DNA of 64,000 nucleotides from Methyloligellaceae bacterium (GTDB lineage Bacteria; Pseudomonadota; Alphaproteobacteria; Rhizobiales; CBDHHC01): NCBI GenBank assembly GCA_965263345.1, contig CBDHHC010000016.1, positions 212,861 to 276,860 of the forward strand, read 5' to 3'. Shown piece by piece: positions 51,080 to 61,066 of this stretch (position 1 is its first letter; each line of letters starts with the position of its first letter). The notes under the pieces were generated by a model. It saw only the letters and a program-made list of their open reading frames with translations, ran no database searches and was not told where the DNA came from. The position numbers and the translations under genes were made by a program.

Positions 51080-53868
51080 TTTTTCGCCCTTTCTTTGTTA
51101 TCATTGATAACAAGCTTATCTGCTCCTTCTGGTTTCAAGACGCCGGCACGATATAGTCCTACTGTTCCATCGGGAATATTCAGGACGTACTTTGATGGAG
51201 GCTTGGTTTGCATATTGATAAGCCACTTTCCAGGTTTTAAACCTTGTGCTGCAAACCTACCAGAGCTATTGGTAAAGACAGTAACTTTCTTACTATCTTT
51301 TTCACCTTCAATACTGGCCTCACCGCCGATAAGAGAGATAGGTTTTCCGCTTGCATCAACCAGGTTCCCAAGTGTCATAACAGTATAATCTGTCCCAACC
51401 TTTAACACGTAACCACTTTTATATTTTGGTGATAGATAGAATTTACCAGCTCCCAAATCATATCCTGGTGGCAAATTATCGACATCATAAATGATATTGT
51501 CTGGTCGATAATTTGTAATTGAAGGGATAACTGCAGACCCCATCCAGTCTTCTTTTGCAATTGGCGACTTTTTATCCTTACCAATATACAAATCACTCTC
51601 ATTTAAATTATTATGCTTTGTGACAATAGCAAATCCGTTACCAACCTGACGACCAATTGCAAAATGCCCATCCGCAAACATGATTGAAGAACTCGCTCTT
51701 AAGGTCGTCCGCTGATCGGTCATTGCACTAAAGCCTTCAAAAGCTGCACTACTGGATAATTCAAAATCAGCACGGTTTGCTGTATAACCTATTGCACCAT
51801 TGACGGAAAGCTCATCTGTTCGTGGCCCGCCACCAACTCCAATAACCAATGTACTCCCATCAGTGGGTGTATTCGTTTGAGTCGTATTATCTTTGTTACT
51901 GACTGAGACATGTTCTACATCAACATCCACATCAATACTTCCCACCCCTTTGCCGTGACTATAACGATAACCAAGATTAGACCGCTGCGTTGCTGTATCA
52001 TGAGAGGCATCAAGAATTGAGTTTTGCGACAATTTATGTGTCAGACGAAGACCAACATTAAAACCATCATTTAGCACATCTCCAATTAAATAATGATCAT
52101 CTTTTTTATCAGAATAAAGGTCATAACCAACGGATAAAGAGCCGGACCAGGAGTCGTCAAATGTTTTACTTAAATTCAAACGTGTTGTGAAACTATCTTC
52201 TGCCCCTTCTCTTGCAAAGCCATAATCCAAAGACAAAGAGCCATTAATATCAAAGGGAAGCTCCTGAGAATATGAGGCAGAGAGTTTTGCAAAATATTGA
52301 TTAAACGGATCTTCTTCGCCCACAGCCGCAAATTTTTCTGTGAACACTTCTGCTGAAAAGCGGAAATCCCGTTTAATACCATCACTCCAATCAATTTTGG
52401 CCATGGAATAATTAAAATCAAGCGCCCCACCATATGCGCTGTTTTTATAAGAGCTACCGGCCAATTCTATATCAAATGTGCCCATAGAATTTGGAAAGAC
52501 CACACTCATACCAGTCATCATGATATCTGGGTCTGCCTGAAAATGAATTTGCCCAGTAAGGTCTGCGCTTAATCCCCGCTTATAATAACCACTAAAAATT
52601 GGTGTTTCAATTTCATATAAGATATCACTTGGGTCAATGTCAGAAAATAGAAATTTTTTCGGATCACTTTGATCACCAAAGCTTGACTTTAAACCAACAC
52701 CAAAATGCCAGAGGCTTAACCCTGGTTCCAATAAAGCATTGTCAGAATAAACTGTAAAATTAATATCACGTTTTGCTCCTAAATCATCTTCAATACGCAA
52801 TACAATATTATTTGCGCCTGCCGATAAAGGAAGATCATCCAAATCATATTCACCTGGATCCAGGCGGAACCTGCGAGAGACTTTACCGTTATTTAAAAGC
52901 TGAACAACGGATGGGCGCGCCAAACGAAATGAACGTTTTCCTGTTGGTTGTATTGTTTGTGATGGCTTTATTTTCTGATAAGACTTCTCCACTGAAAGCC
53001 CAAGCAGTCCAGGACTTGTTTGAAAGCCCGTGACCCCTGGCGTTACATCACCTAACTGATAACGTATGGCTGTATCAACATCATCATAGACCAACCTTGT
53101 CCCACGACGATTAATCCCCCCCTCTTCTTCAAAAGTAGATTCCACCTGTAAGACAACATCTTTCCATCGTGTTGAACTTTCAAAATCCAATCGATAATCT
53201 CCAAGGCCAGTATCTCCTGAAGATGTTTTTGAAACATAATCAACAGCCGCACCAACATTGACATAAGTTGCGAAATCAGCAGGTTTAGCAATATCTTTAC
53301 TGACAAAATCATTTGGCGGTGGAGGTTTTAGTGATTTTTTCACGCGTTGTTCTATGGTCGGTGAGAATTTTATCTCCATAAGTCCAGGGTCAAAATGGAA
53401 TGCAAAACCTGCTGCTTTAAATTTTTCAAGATTGATATAAGTTTTATCAGCACCTTCAGTTTTTAGATCGATACCAGCTGCATTCTGCAATGCTGTTTTG
53501 GCGGTTGGCCGCAAAAGTTTGTTCACAGCCTTCATCAGGGGGCCAAAGGGAACGGAGATGACATCATCTTTTGAAATGCGTGTATTAAGGTCGCCTAAAT
53601 AATATTTGCCTTCCTTTAAAGGAACGGCCAATTCAAAAGTTCTCCCCGTCGGATTAATCCGTTGTTTAGGCGCTGCAGAGTGTTCTGGCACCTCATTTGT
53701 TTTTTGAGATGTATTGGCAAATGATGCATTGGATATGCACAACAAAAAAAGAAAGAGAGCATACAAACCTGATAACAAGGGTTTTGCAAACGCCCAGATC
53801 AAAAGCTGTGACTGATATTGCTTTATTATATATGTCTTAACTTTGACCGCCACAGTCGATACTCCCAA
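51076..53868 (-). CDS. Fimbrial usher (outer-membrane PapC/CsuD-like)
   Basis: 930 aa, beta-rich, located between chaperone and tip subunit. Confidence 0.8.
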   Translation of the reverse strand: MGVSTVAVKVKTYIIKQYQSQLLIWAFAKPLLSGLYALFLFLLCISNASFANTSQKTNEVPEHSAAPKQRINPTGRTFELAVPLKEGKYYLGDLNTRISKDDVISVPFGPLMKAVNKLLRPTAKTALQNAAGIDLKTEGADKTYINLEKFKAAGFAFHFDPGLMEIKFSPTIEQRVKKSLKPPPPNDFVSKDIAKPADFATYVNVGAAVDYVSKTSSGDTGLGDYRLDFESSTRWKDVVLQVESTFEEEGGINRRGTRLVYDDVDTAIRYQLGDVTPGVTGFQTSPGLLGLSVEKSYQKIKPSQTIQPTGKRSFRLARPSVVQLLNNGKVSRRFRLDPGEYDLDDLPLSAGANNIVLRIEDDLGAKRDINFTVYSDNALLEPGLSLWHFGVGLKSSFGDQSDPKKFLFSDIDPSDILYEIETPIFSGYYKRGLSADLTGQIHFQADPDIMMTGMSVVFPNSMGTFDIELAGSSYKNSAYGGALDFNYSMAKIDWSDGIKRDFRFSAEVFTEKFAAVGEEDPFNQYFAKLSASYSQELPFDINGSLSLDYGFAREGAEDSFTTRLNLSKTFDDSWSGSLSVGYDLYSDKKDDHYLIGDVLNDGFNVGLRLTHKLSQNSILDASHDTATQRSNLGYRYSHGKGVGSIDVDVDVEHVSVSNKDNTTQTNTPTDGSTLVIGVGGGPRTDELSVNGAIGYTANRADFELSSSAAFEGFSAMTDQRTTLRASSSIMFADGHFAIGRQVGNGFAIVTKHNNLNESDLYIGKDKKSPIAKEDWMGSAVIPSITNYRPDNIIYDVDNLPPGYDLGAGKFYLSPKYKSGYVLKVGTDYTVMTLGNLVDASGKPISLIGGEASIEGEKDSKKVTVFTNSSGRFAAQGLKPGKWLINMQTKPPSKYVLNIPDGTVGLYRAGVLKPEGADKLVINDNKERAKK

Positions 53869-53925
53869 ACAAATTTCCTCAAATAAAAATGAGGACCCCG
53901 CTTTTTTTAACGTATCCCTCTCATA

Positions 53926-54675
53926 TCAATGAGCCGGATAGATTATGTCTGCCTGCAAACTCTGGGTATTCTCCGGTAGTTTCACTGGCAAAATAAATTG
54001 CCTCCTTTTTCCTGGTTGAATCAGACCAAGACCTAGTGTTTCTCTCAATTCTTCTGAACTCAGCGTTTTTGACCATGTATTTGTTTTTAGGTGAATATCT
54101 GCATCACTAAGCCTTGCATGCTTGTTGGTCGGATTGCCCAGTACCAATCTTGGAACAACATCGCCTTTATTCGTTTCTATAATTTCTGACTTATATAAAG
54201 TGATCGCTGCCTTCGATTGTGGGGGAGCCACATTGACAATCGTCGTGATATTTAAAACAAGCTGTACGCCTGTTGATTGTTTTGACAAAGCAACTGGAAG
54301 CTGATTGACAGAGAAAATAAAACTCTCGCTTTTCTTCAAATCGGGGTCTCCAACCCACTCAATCCGAAACACTTGTTGTGCTCCGGACGGAATGAGTGAT
54401 TGTGGAGGAAAGATAAGAAAATCCTCACCGGCCTTTTGGGTGGTGATGGCTCCATTTTCTTTTATGTCCATACGTGAGACAACAATTTCAACAGGTGTAC
54501 CTGCTGAAGATTCGTTAAAGACGGTCAGCTGCGCCCGGCGGTCCTGTCCGAGCGCACTCATCTCAATGACGAGTGGACTGACGCTTAAAGCCAGTGCTGG
54601 AGAAACAGCAAAGGCATGGAGCAACAAGCCTACTAAACATGAAAGCCGTAAGATATGTTGGGACCAGTTTTTCAT
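53926..54675 (-). CDS. Periplasmic pilus chaperone (CsuC/PapD-like)
   Basis: Signal peptide. Two Ig-like domains, ...FLIFPPQSLIPSGAQQVFRIEW... 249 aa. Confidence 0.75.
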   Translation of the reverse strand: MKNWSQHILRLSCLVGLLLHAFAVSPALALSVSPLVIEMSALGQDRRAQLTVFNESSAGTPVEIVVSRMDIKENGAITTQKAGEDFLIFPPQSLIPSGAQQVFRIEWVGDPDLKKSESFIFSVNQLPVALSKQSTGVQLVLNITTIVNVAPPQSKAAITLYKSEIIETNKGDVVPRLVLGNPTNKHARLSDADIHLKTNTWSKTLSSEELRETLGLGLIQPGKRRQFILPVKLPENTQSLQADIIYPAH

Positions 54676-54699
54676 CTACAAATACCAAACAAATGATAC

Positions 54700-55241
54700 G
54701 CTTATTTAAAAGAAATTGTTGTTAGTACGCCAAAATTGAAAACGACTTGCACTTGTCCACCTTCTTTTTTGGGTAAATCAACAGGAACTTGTTTTACTAA
54801 TATGATGTAGTTTTTATCCTTCGCTGGTTCCACCACATAAGAAACTTGAGCAACTTGTGCCTTTCCTGGATTAATTACAGCTTGAGGAGGAAAAATTACA
54901 AATTTATTGTCGCTCTTTTATTTCTTCTTAGGATCTTTTGATAACGCCTTGCCTTCATAAATTTCAACCTCAATTGTAATTGGTTCTTTTAATTTATTTT
55001 CAATCCGTAGAGCTTTCCGATCTCCAACTTTTTTAAATGTCATTTTCATTGGGTCTACACGGAAGGCATGTGCGCTACCAGAGAAAATGAACAAGCAAAA
55101 GTAACTTAACAGCAATACAGATGTAAAAGAAATATAGTTTTTATTTTTAATCAAGATACTTACTCCATAATAAATTTTATAAGTATGTAAATGGTACGGA
55201 GATGTTTTCTCCGCACCAAATTGTGTAGTATTATTTTGCAA
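54700..55241 (-). pseudogene. Degraded second pilus-chaperone gene (in-frame TAA at 54918-54920; C-terminal domain missing)
   Basis: ORF 54918-55241 plus in-frame continuation KSDNKFVIFPPQAVINPGKAQVAQVSY...VFNFGVLTTISFK aligns with chaperone 53926-54675 but stops after ~177 aa. Confidence 0.5.
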
Positions 55242-55369
55242 TTATGTTTACTGCAATTGTATCAGAATAGTTTCCTGCAGCTGTTGCTAGTGAAGCTAGG
55301 TTCACTATTAAGATCGATAGGTACACCGCCAGCAAACTGAGGGCTATGTCCTACTTGCGCATAAGAATT

Positions 55370-55717
55370 TTATGGCGCTTGGCAAGTATTTGTGCTGATA
55401 GCTACAACACCACCTAGCTTTGCTTCATAGTTTACAGAAAAAGCACCGCTTGTTAGGTTACAGTTGTTTGTGCTTGTAAGAGATACATCAAAACCATCAG
55501 GATCATTACAAACAAAATCTAAAGTTGCAATAAGTTGATCTTGAGTTGTATCTGTCATAGATACTGACGTTGAAGATGGGCTCTAACCTGCAACGTTAAT
55601 TTCGCACACTGGAGCAACAGTTCCTGTCACATCAAGATTCTCATTAGCCTGCGCAGAAACAGCACCAGAAACCAAAGCAGCTGCAACAGCAGCAATTTTT
55701 AAAAATTTAGAAAACAT
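55370..55717 (-). pseudogene. SCPU-type major pilin gene interrupted by in-frame TAG (55583-55585)
   Basis: ATG 55717: MFSKFLKIAAVAAALVSGAVSAQANENLDVTGTVAPVCEINVAG-TAG-SPSSTSVSMTDTTQDQL...NTCQAP, all one frame. Confidence 0.5.
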
Positions 55718-56026
55718 GAAGAATACTCCTCAATCCCTTAGTTGATTTAAAACTTAAATTATCAAAAAACGTGAATTCAGAATGTATGATGCAATGTTTT
55801 TATTTGCTCCCATATATCCCTCTCACTGAGCAGCACAATAGGAGTTGTATTTTTTTTTGACTTCACCCATTTGGGGTGGCGTGTCAAAAATATGGCCAGA
55901 ATGAGATTCTTGTGTCCGTTTTATCACAGTAATTTGTTCCGTTTTCTTTATGTAAAATATTAAGATAAACACAGCTATCCCATTGTATTTATTTAGGAAG
56001 ATATTTAAATATTATCTGATCAGATA

Positions 56027-57196
56027 TTAGTATAAATTGATAACAGAAAACTGGTATAAAATTCTGCGCACAAGATCTGTCTGGCTCCTGCATTCTGTTT
56101 TTTGCAGGATTTGTTTTAAGTGCCAACGTGCCGTTTCTTTTTTGACTCCATTTTCGTTTGCATATTCTTCCAGGTTTTTTCCATCTACAAGAGCAGAGGC
56201 CAACAGAGCTTCTTTTTTAGTAAGTGCATATGCTTCTTCGAGTAAATGTGGTGGAACAGAAGACCTCGCCTCACCGTTTCTCATGACGACCAAGATTTGA
56301 GGGCGACCTTCAAATAATCTAATCCAGGGCACACCCTGATCTATTTGGCTATTTAATGTTAAAATATTTAAAACCTGATGATTCCCATCTTCATTTTGCA
56401 ATGAGATCGCTTTAAAACCATGGTCTTCGCCGGAAATTAAACCTTCAAGAAGATGCTCTATTTTTATATTTTTATGACTAAAATTAAAATTTAATTTGCC
56501 ATTAGCTATATCTTTAAAAATCCCATCTTTTGCATCTAATAATTTTTCTGCAGCAGGGTTTGCATATCGAATGATACCTTTAGAGCTTAGGATCAATGCA
56601 GGACTATTATTGAAGTGCAACAATTTCGTCAGCCAATGTCCCCCATTATGATCCATACGAGATCGCACATTATAAGAGAGTGCCAGCTCAATATGTGGCG
56701 CTAATTTTTTCATAAAAGTAATGAGTTTATCAGAGGTGTCAGTTGTTTTGATATCTCTAGAGCTGATTGAATTTAAGCAAAATTTCAAACAGTAACGTAT
56801 TGGGTTGAAATCTTTATTCTCATAGACTTTCATCACAAACAGTTTTTTTGTTGAGCCCATACTATTTATTCGCTCAGAATTTATTGTTTGGGCTTTTGAA
56901 ACATGCGTTTCAACAACGGGAAACTGGACAACGTCTCCAATTTCCATCTCAGTCATATATTTCGTAATTTTTAGATATTCTTCGGCTTTTTCATAATCTC
57001 TAATAAAAACCCCTTTATCAGTGACTTTAACTTCAAAGCTTTCCGTAACATCATGACTGGCACAAAAACATAGAGCAACCTCATCAAGGATATTTTCATT
57101 TTCATCTAATATTTTAGAGAAAACTTTTTCCCAATTATCTGGAGATATACTTGAACTCTTGATGTCATCAATTAAATCTTGGGGCAAATCCAACAT
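56027..57196 (-). CDS. LuxR/GerE-family transcriptional regulator with large N-terminal sensory region
   Basis: C-terminal HTH LTKKEALLASALVDGKNLEEYANENGVKKETARWHLKQILQKTECRSQTDL. 389 aa. Confidence 0.7.
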   Translation of the reverse strand: MLDLPQDLIDDIKSSSISPDNWEKVFSKILDENENILDEVALCFCASHDVTESFEVKVTDKGVFIRDYEKAEEYLKITKYMTEMEIGDVVQFPVVETHVSKAQTINSERINSMGSTKKLFVMKVYENKDFNPIRYCLKFCLNSISSRDIKTTDTSDKLITFMKKLAPHIELALSYNVRSRMDHNGGHWLTKLLHFNNSPALILSSKGIIRYANPAAEKLLDAKDGIFKDIANGKLNFNFSHKNIKIEHLLEGLISGEDHGFKAISLQNEDGNHQVLNILTLNSQIDQGVPWIRLFEGRPQILVVMRNGEARSSVPPHLLEEAYALTKKEALLASALVDGKNLEEYANENGVKKETARWHLKQILQKTECRSQTDLVRRILYQFSVINLY

Positions 57197-57305
57197 TATT
57201 TTACTTAATAAAAATTACAAAAAAATAAAAAGAAAAGTATTGGTCTTTAAAGATATTTATCATCAAGAAATAACATATTAGATTAACATTAGAAACCACC
57301 CTTTT

Positions 57306-57314
57306 GGGGGGGGG
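57306..57314. repeat. G9 homopolymeric tract
   Basis: ccaccc tttt ggggggggg. Lies ~110 bp upstream of the LuxR-family gene start. Confidence 0.9.
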
Positions 57315-57856
57315 ATTTAAATTTCAAGTTTAATCTATATCAGAACAAACATATTCCTCATCCCTCACCGACATAGTTTTCTTATCTAAATCATGAGGAT
57401 CACAATACCTAGGCTCTTGAATATTTCATAGCCAAGATTTCGGTTGTTACAGTATATGGAAAATAAAAATTCAAATCCGCTCAGCAAGCACAGACAAAGA
57501 TGCTCCACTCCATACTCCGTCCGATCAAATGCGTACCCCATCAGCTGACACTGTATTCCATCTGGACAATTTTATTCAGTAAACCGGTTTGGAATGTATG
57601 ATGCCGAGAATAAAGAGAATACTCTGGGATTTGCAAAAATTCATAACGTTTAAAATATTTGTTGATGCTTCCAACAGCTTATTCTTTCATAACTTAATAC
57701 TAAAAATCTTTTCTTCAAAACTCAAAAAATATAAGTTTTTTTGATTTACATCAAACCTTAAAAATATTGATATTCTAAAGTCATAGGCAAAATCAGAACA
57801 TTGAATAATAAATAAAAATTTAAAAATAACTCTATGATTTATGATGAGGTACACGA

Positions 57857-59689
57857 ATGTCCAGGCACACGAGTGAATTAAATTTTATTAAATCAAAACA
57901 GTCTCATCCTCAGATCTATACGAATACACATCAGCATGAAGTCGTTTCTCAGAATAACGTTTCTCCCGATCATCTATTCCCTGAAATCATTGATCGCTCC
58001 TTTCATGCTACTTTCTCACGCCTAACTGGAGGGTTATCTCCAATTGTAGTCATCAATGCATACATAGATTGGATGTCACATCTTACCTTTTCTCCAGGCA
58101 AGCAATCTCACCTGGTCTATAAAGCGATGCGGAAATGGATTAAATTTTTAGACTATGCGGCGCGATGCACATATTCAAATTCGAAACAAACACCGTGTAT
58201 ATTACCCTTGCCACAAGATAAACGATTTCTAGGGGAGGCGTGGCAGACTTTTCCCTTTAATCTTTATTATCAGGGTTTTTTATTAAATCAGCAATGGTGG
58301 CATAATGCTATGACAGATGTTCGTGGTGTCACAAAGCAGCATGAGGATATTATTGATTTTACCACGCGTCAAATTTTAGATATCTTTTCTCCTTCGAATT
58401 TTATGTTAACAAACCCGGAGATTTTAGAGCAAACCCATCATGAGATGGGGCGTAATCTACTAGAGGGATATAAAAATTTTGTGGATGATTGGCAACATCA
58501 TTTTACAAAAAATTCTCCTGATGGAGCACACGCTTATAAAGTTGGAGAGAACTTAGCTATAACGCCAGGGAAAGTTGTTTTTCGCAATCAATTAATGGAG
58601 CTGATACAATATTCTCCTGCGACTGAGACAGTTCATAAGGAGCCTATTCTCATCGTTCCTGCCTGGATTATGAAATATTATATTCTAGATCTTTCATCCA
58701 AAAATTCTTTGGTAAAATATTTAACCGAGCAGGGTTTTACGGTCTTTATGATTTCATGGAAGAATCCTACTTTTGAAGATAGAGAGTGCGGAATGAAAGA
58801 TTATCGGGAACATGGGGTATTAACAGCAATAGATGTTATTTCTTCAGTTGTTCCTAATGAGAAAATACATGGGGTTGGTTATTGTTTGGGAGGGACTTTA
58901 CTCGCCATCACTGCTGCTGCTCTTGCGCATGAAAAAACTGATATTTTCCAGTCTTTAAGTTTGTTGGCCGCACAAGTGGACTTTAAAGAAGCTGGAGAGT
59001 TGAGGTTATTTATTAATGAAAGCCAGCTCGCTTTTCTGGAAGATATGATGTGGGAGCAGGGTTATTTGGATACAAGCCAAATGGCTGGGGCCTTTCAAAT
59101 TTTACGGTCAAATGATCTTATCTGGTCAAAAATTCTAAATGATTATTTTATGGGAAAGAGACGATCTGTGAATGATTTAATGGCTTGGAATGCTGATGCA
59201 ACGCGAATGCCTTATCGTATGCATACGCAGTATTTACGCTGGCTGTTTCTTAATAATGATCTTGCTGAGGGGCGATACAAGGTAGATGAACATAAGATTG
59301 CACTGACAGATATTCGTACACCTATTTTTGCCGTTGGTACTAAAAAAGACCATGTCGCGCCATGGCAGTCCGTTTATAAAATACACCTATTATCAGATAC
59401 AGAGACTACATTTTTGCTCACAAATGGGGGGCACAATGCCGGTATCGTGTCGGAGCCTGGACATAGAGGAAGAACTTATCAGATAACAACAAGGCATCAG
59501 GAGGATCAGTATATTGCACCAGAATTATGGGAAGCCCAGACTCCGTCAAAACAGGGGTCTTGGTGGCAAGAGTGGGTTGACTGGTTAAGTAGACACTCAA
59601 GCGAGGAAAAAGTTACGCCACCGGTTATTCAGGATGAGGGGGAAAGATCGATATGTGAAGCTCCTGGAACATATGTTTTTCAGAAATAA
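57857..59689 (+). CDS. phaC: Class I poly(3-hydroxyalkanoate) synthase
   Basis: 610 aa. Lipase box G-Y-C-L-G-G, alpha/beta-hydrolase core, conserved N-terminal PhaC region. Confidence 0.9.
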   Translation: MSRHTSELNFIKSKQSHPQIYTNTHQHEVVSQNNVSPDHLFPEIIDRSFHATFSRLTGGLSPIVVINAYIDWMSHLTFSPGKQSHLVYKAMRKWIKFLDYAARCTYSNSKQTPCILPLPQDKRFLGEAWQTFPFNLYYQGFLLNQQWWHNAMTDVRGVTKQHEDIIDFTTRQILDIFSPSNFMLTNPEILEQTHHEMGRNLLEGYKNFVDDWQHHFTKNSPDGAHAYKVGENLAITPGKVVFRNQLMELIQYSPATETVHKEPILIVPAWIMKYYILDLSSKNSLVKYLTEQGFTVFMISWKNPTFEDRECGMKDYREHGVLTAIDVISSVVPNEKIHGVGYCLGGTLLAITAAALAHEKTDIFQSLSLLAAQVDFKEAGELRLFINESQLAFLEDMMWEQGYLDTSQMAGAFQILRSNDLIWSKILNDYFMGKRRSVNDLMAWNADATRMPYRMHTQYLRWLFLNNDLAEGRYKVDEHKIALTDIRTPIFAVGTKKDHVAPWQSVYKIHLLSDTETTFLLTNGGHNAGIVSEPGHRGRTYQITTRHQEDQYIAPELWEAQTPSKQGSWWQEWVDWLSRHSSEEKVTPPVIQDEGERSICEAPGTYVFQK

Positions 59690-59714
59690 ATAAATCATTG
59701 TAAAATATTAACGT

Positions 59715-60446
59715 TTGGACTTTGATATGCCACTCGAACATGAACACACACGTGAAGCAATTTATGATCGTATCAATAAAAAAAATAAACCGAATTATAT
59801 CAGAGACTTCGTCTATGGCGGTATAGATGGTGCAATCACAACTTTTGCAATTGTTGCTGGGGTCGTCGGAGCGGATCTTTCAGCAAGAGTGGTACTTATA
59901 TTGGGAATTTCTAACCTAATTGCAGATGGTTTCTCGATGGCGGCGAGCAATTATAGCGGAACCAAAACTGAGGTTGATGATTTTGCTCGGTTGCGTGAAA
60001 TAGAAAGGAAACACATACAGCTAGTACCAGAGGGAGAACGAGAGGAAATCAGGCAAATTTTACTTAAAAAAGGTATTACTGGGCAGCCACTGGAAGAAGC
60101 AACCGAAGCGATTACGAATGATCAGGAACGTTGGATTAATATGATGCTCGTGGAAGAATATGGTCTTTCACCTGTTATTCGTGACCCTTGGCTTTCTGCT
60201 TTGAGTACATTTGCCGCTTTTGTGTTTTGTGGTGTAATCCCGTTACTCCCTTTTCTTTTTAATCTGTATGATCCATTTGGTGTTGCCCTTGGTCTCACAG
60301 CAATCGTTTTCTTTGCAATAGGTTGTTTTAAGAGTATATGGTCTCTTGCGCGTTGGTGGTATTCAGGCCTTGAAACATTATTTATAGGTTTGGTCGCCGC
60401 TTCAGCAGCCTATGGCATAGGCTATATTTTAAAGGGGCTTGTGTAA
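59715..60446 (+). CDS. VIT1/CCC1-family iron/manganese transporter
   Basis: FVYGGIDGAITTFAIVAGVVGA signature, 5 TM, central cytoplasmic helical segment. Confidence 0.75.
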   Translation: MDFDMPLEHEHTREAIYDRINKKNKPNYIRDFVYGGIDGAITTFAIVAGVVGADLSARVVLILGISNLIADGFSMAASNYSGTKTEVDDFARLREIERKHIQLVPEGEREEIRQILLKKGITGQPLEEATEAITNDQERWINMMLVEEYGLSPVIRDPWLSALSTFAAFVFCGVIPLLPFLFNLYDPFGVALGLTAIVFFAIGCFKSIWSLARWWYSGLETLFIGLVAASAAYGIGYILKGLV

Positions 60447-60504
60447 CAAAGCCTGAAATATATCATGTAGAAAATATACTTTTCCAAGAATCATAAAGGT
60501 TTAA

Positions 60505-60936
60505 TCAAACTCTCTCTTCAGAATAAGAGCTAGCTGATATGTCTTTGTTTGCTGATTGGGGTGTCTGTTCTACCTGGTTTTCCATAATTTTCATAGACTG
60601 ACCAACAAACTGATTACCTATCTGGGACATTCTTCCAACTTCTTCCATATATTGATTTAAAGCGGTTTGAAAAAAATGCGTGTAAGCGTCATAGAAATCT
60701 TGAGGATTTTGGCAATTAGAGAATTCATTGGATGTTTGCAGGTCTTCTTTCAAACGTTTACTTAGAAATTGTAAACATTCTTTATTAAAGGAAATAGCTC
60801 CAGTGATTGCCATTTGATTCATCTTCGATATGACCTGGAGTGCATTCTTTTGTGCTTCAACCGCTGTAGAAACATCAAATGGGATTTGCGTACTCAATAA
60901 ATTATATTCACTTTTAGTATCTGATTGTTGATTCAT
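60505..60936 (-). CDS. Phasin-family (PHA granule-associated) protein
   Basis: Start trimmed to MNQQSD. All-helical, no Cys-rich/TM features. Position next to phaC. Assignment partly positional. Confidence 0.5.
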   Translation of the reverse strand: MNQQSDTKSEYNLLSTQIPFDVSTAVEAQKNALQVISKMNQMAITGAISFNKECLQFLSKRLKEDLQTSNEFSNCQNPQDFYDAYTHFFQTALNQYMEEVGRMSQIGNQFVGQSMKIMENQVEQTPQSANKDISASSYSEERV

Positions 60937-61066
60937 ATTAAACCTCCACATATGACATGATTTGCGAAACTTATTGCATGCTATAATAGTGTTTTATTTT
61001 GCAGTTTAGTTTCAGGTATGGGTTTTACATTGATGCAGATCAAGCACAAAAAAGCTTTATTGTTTT

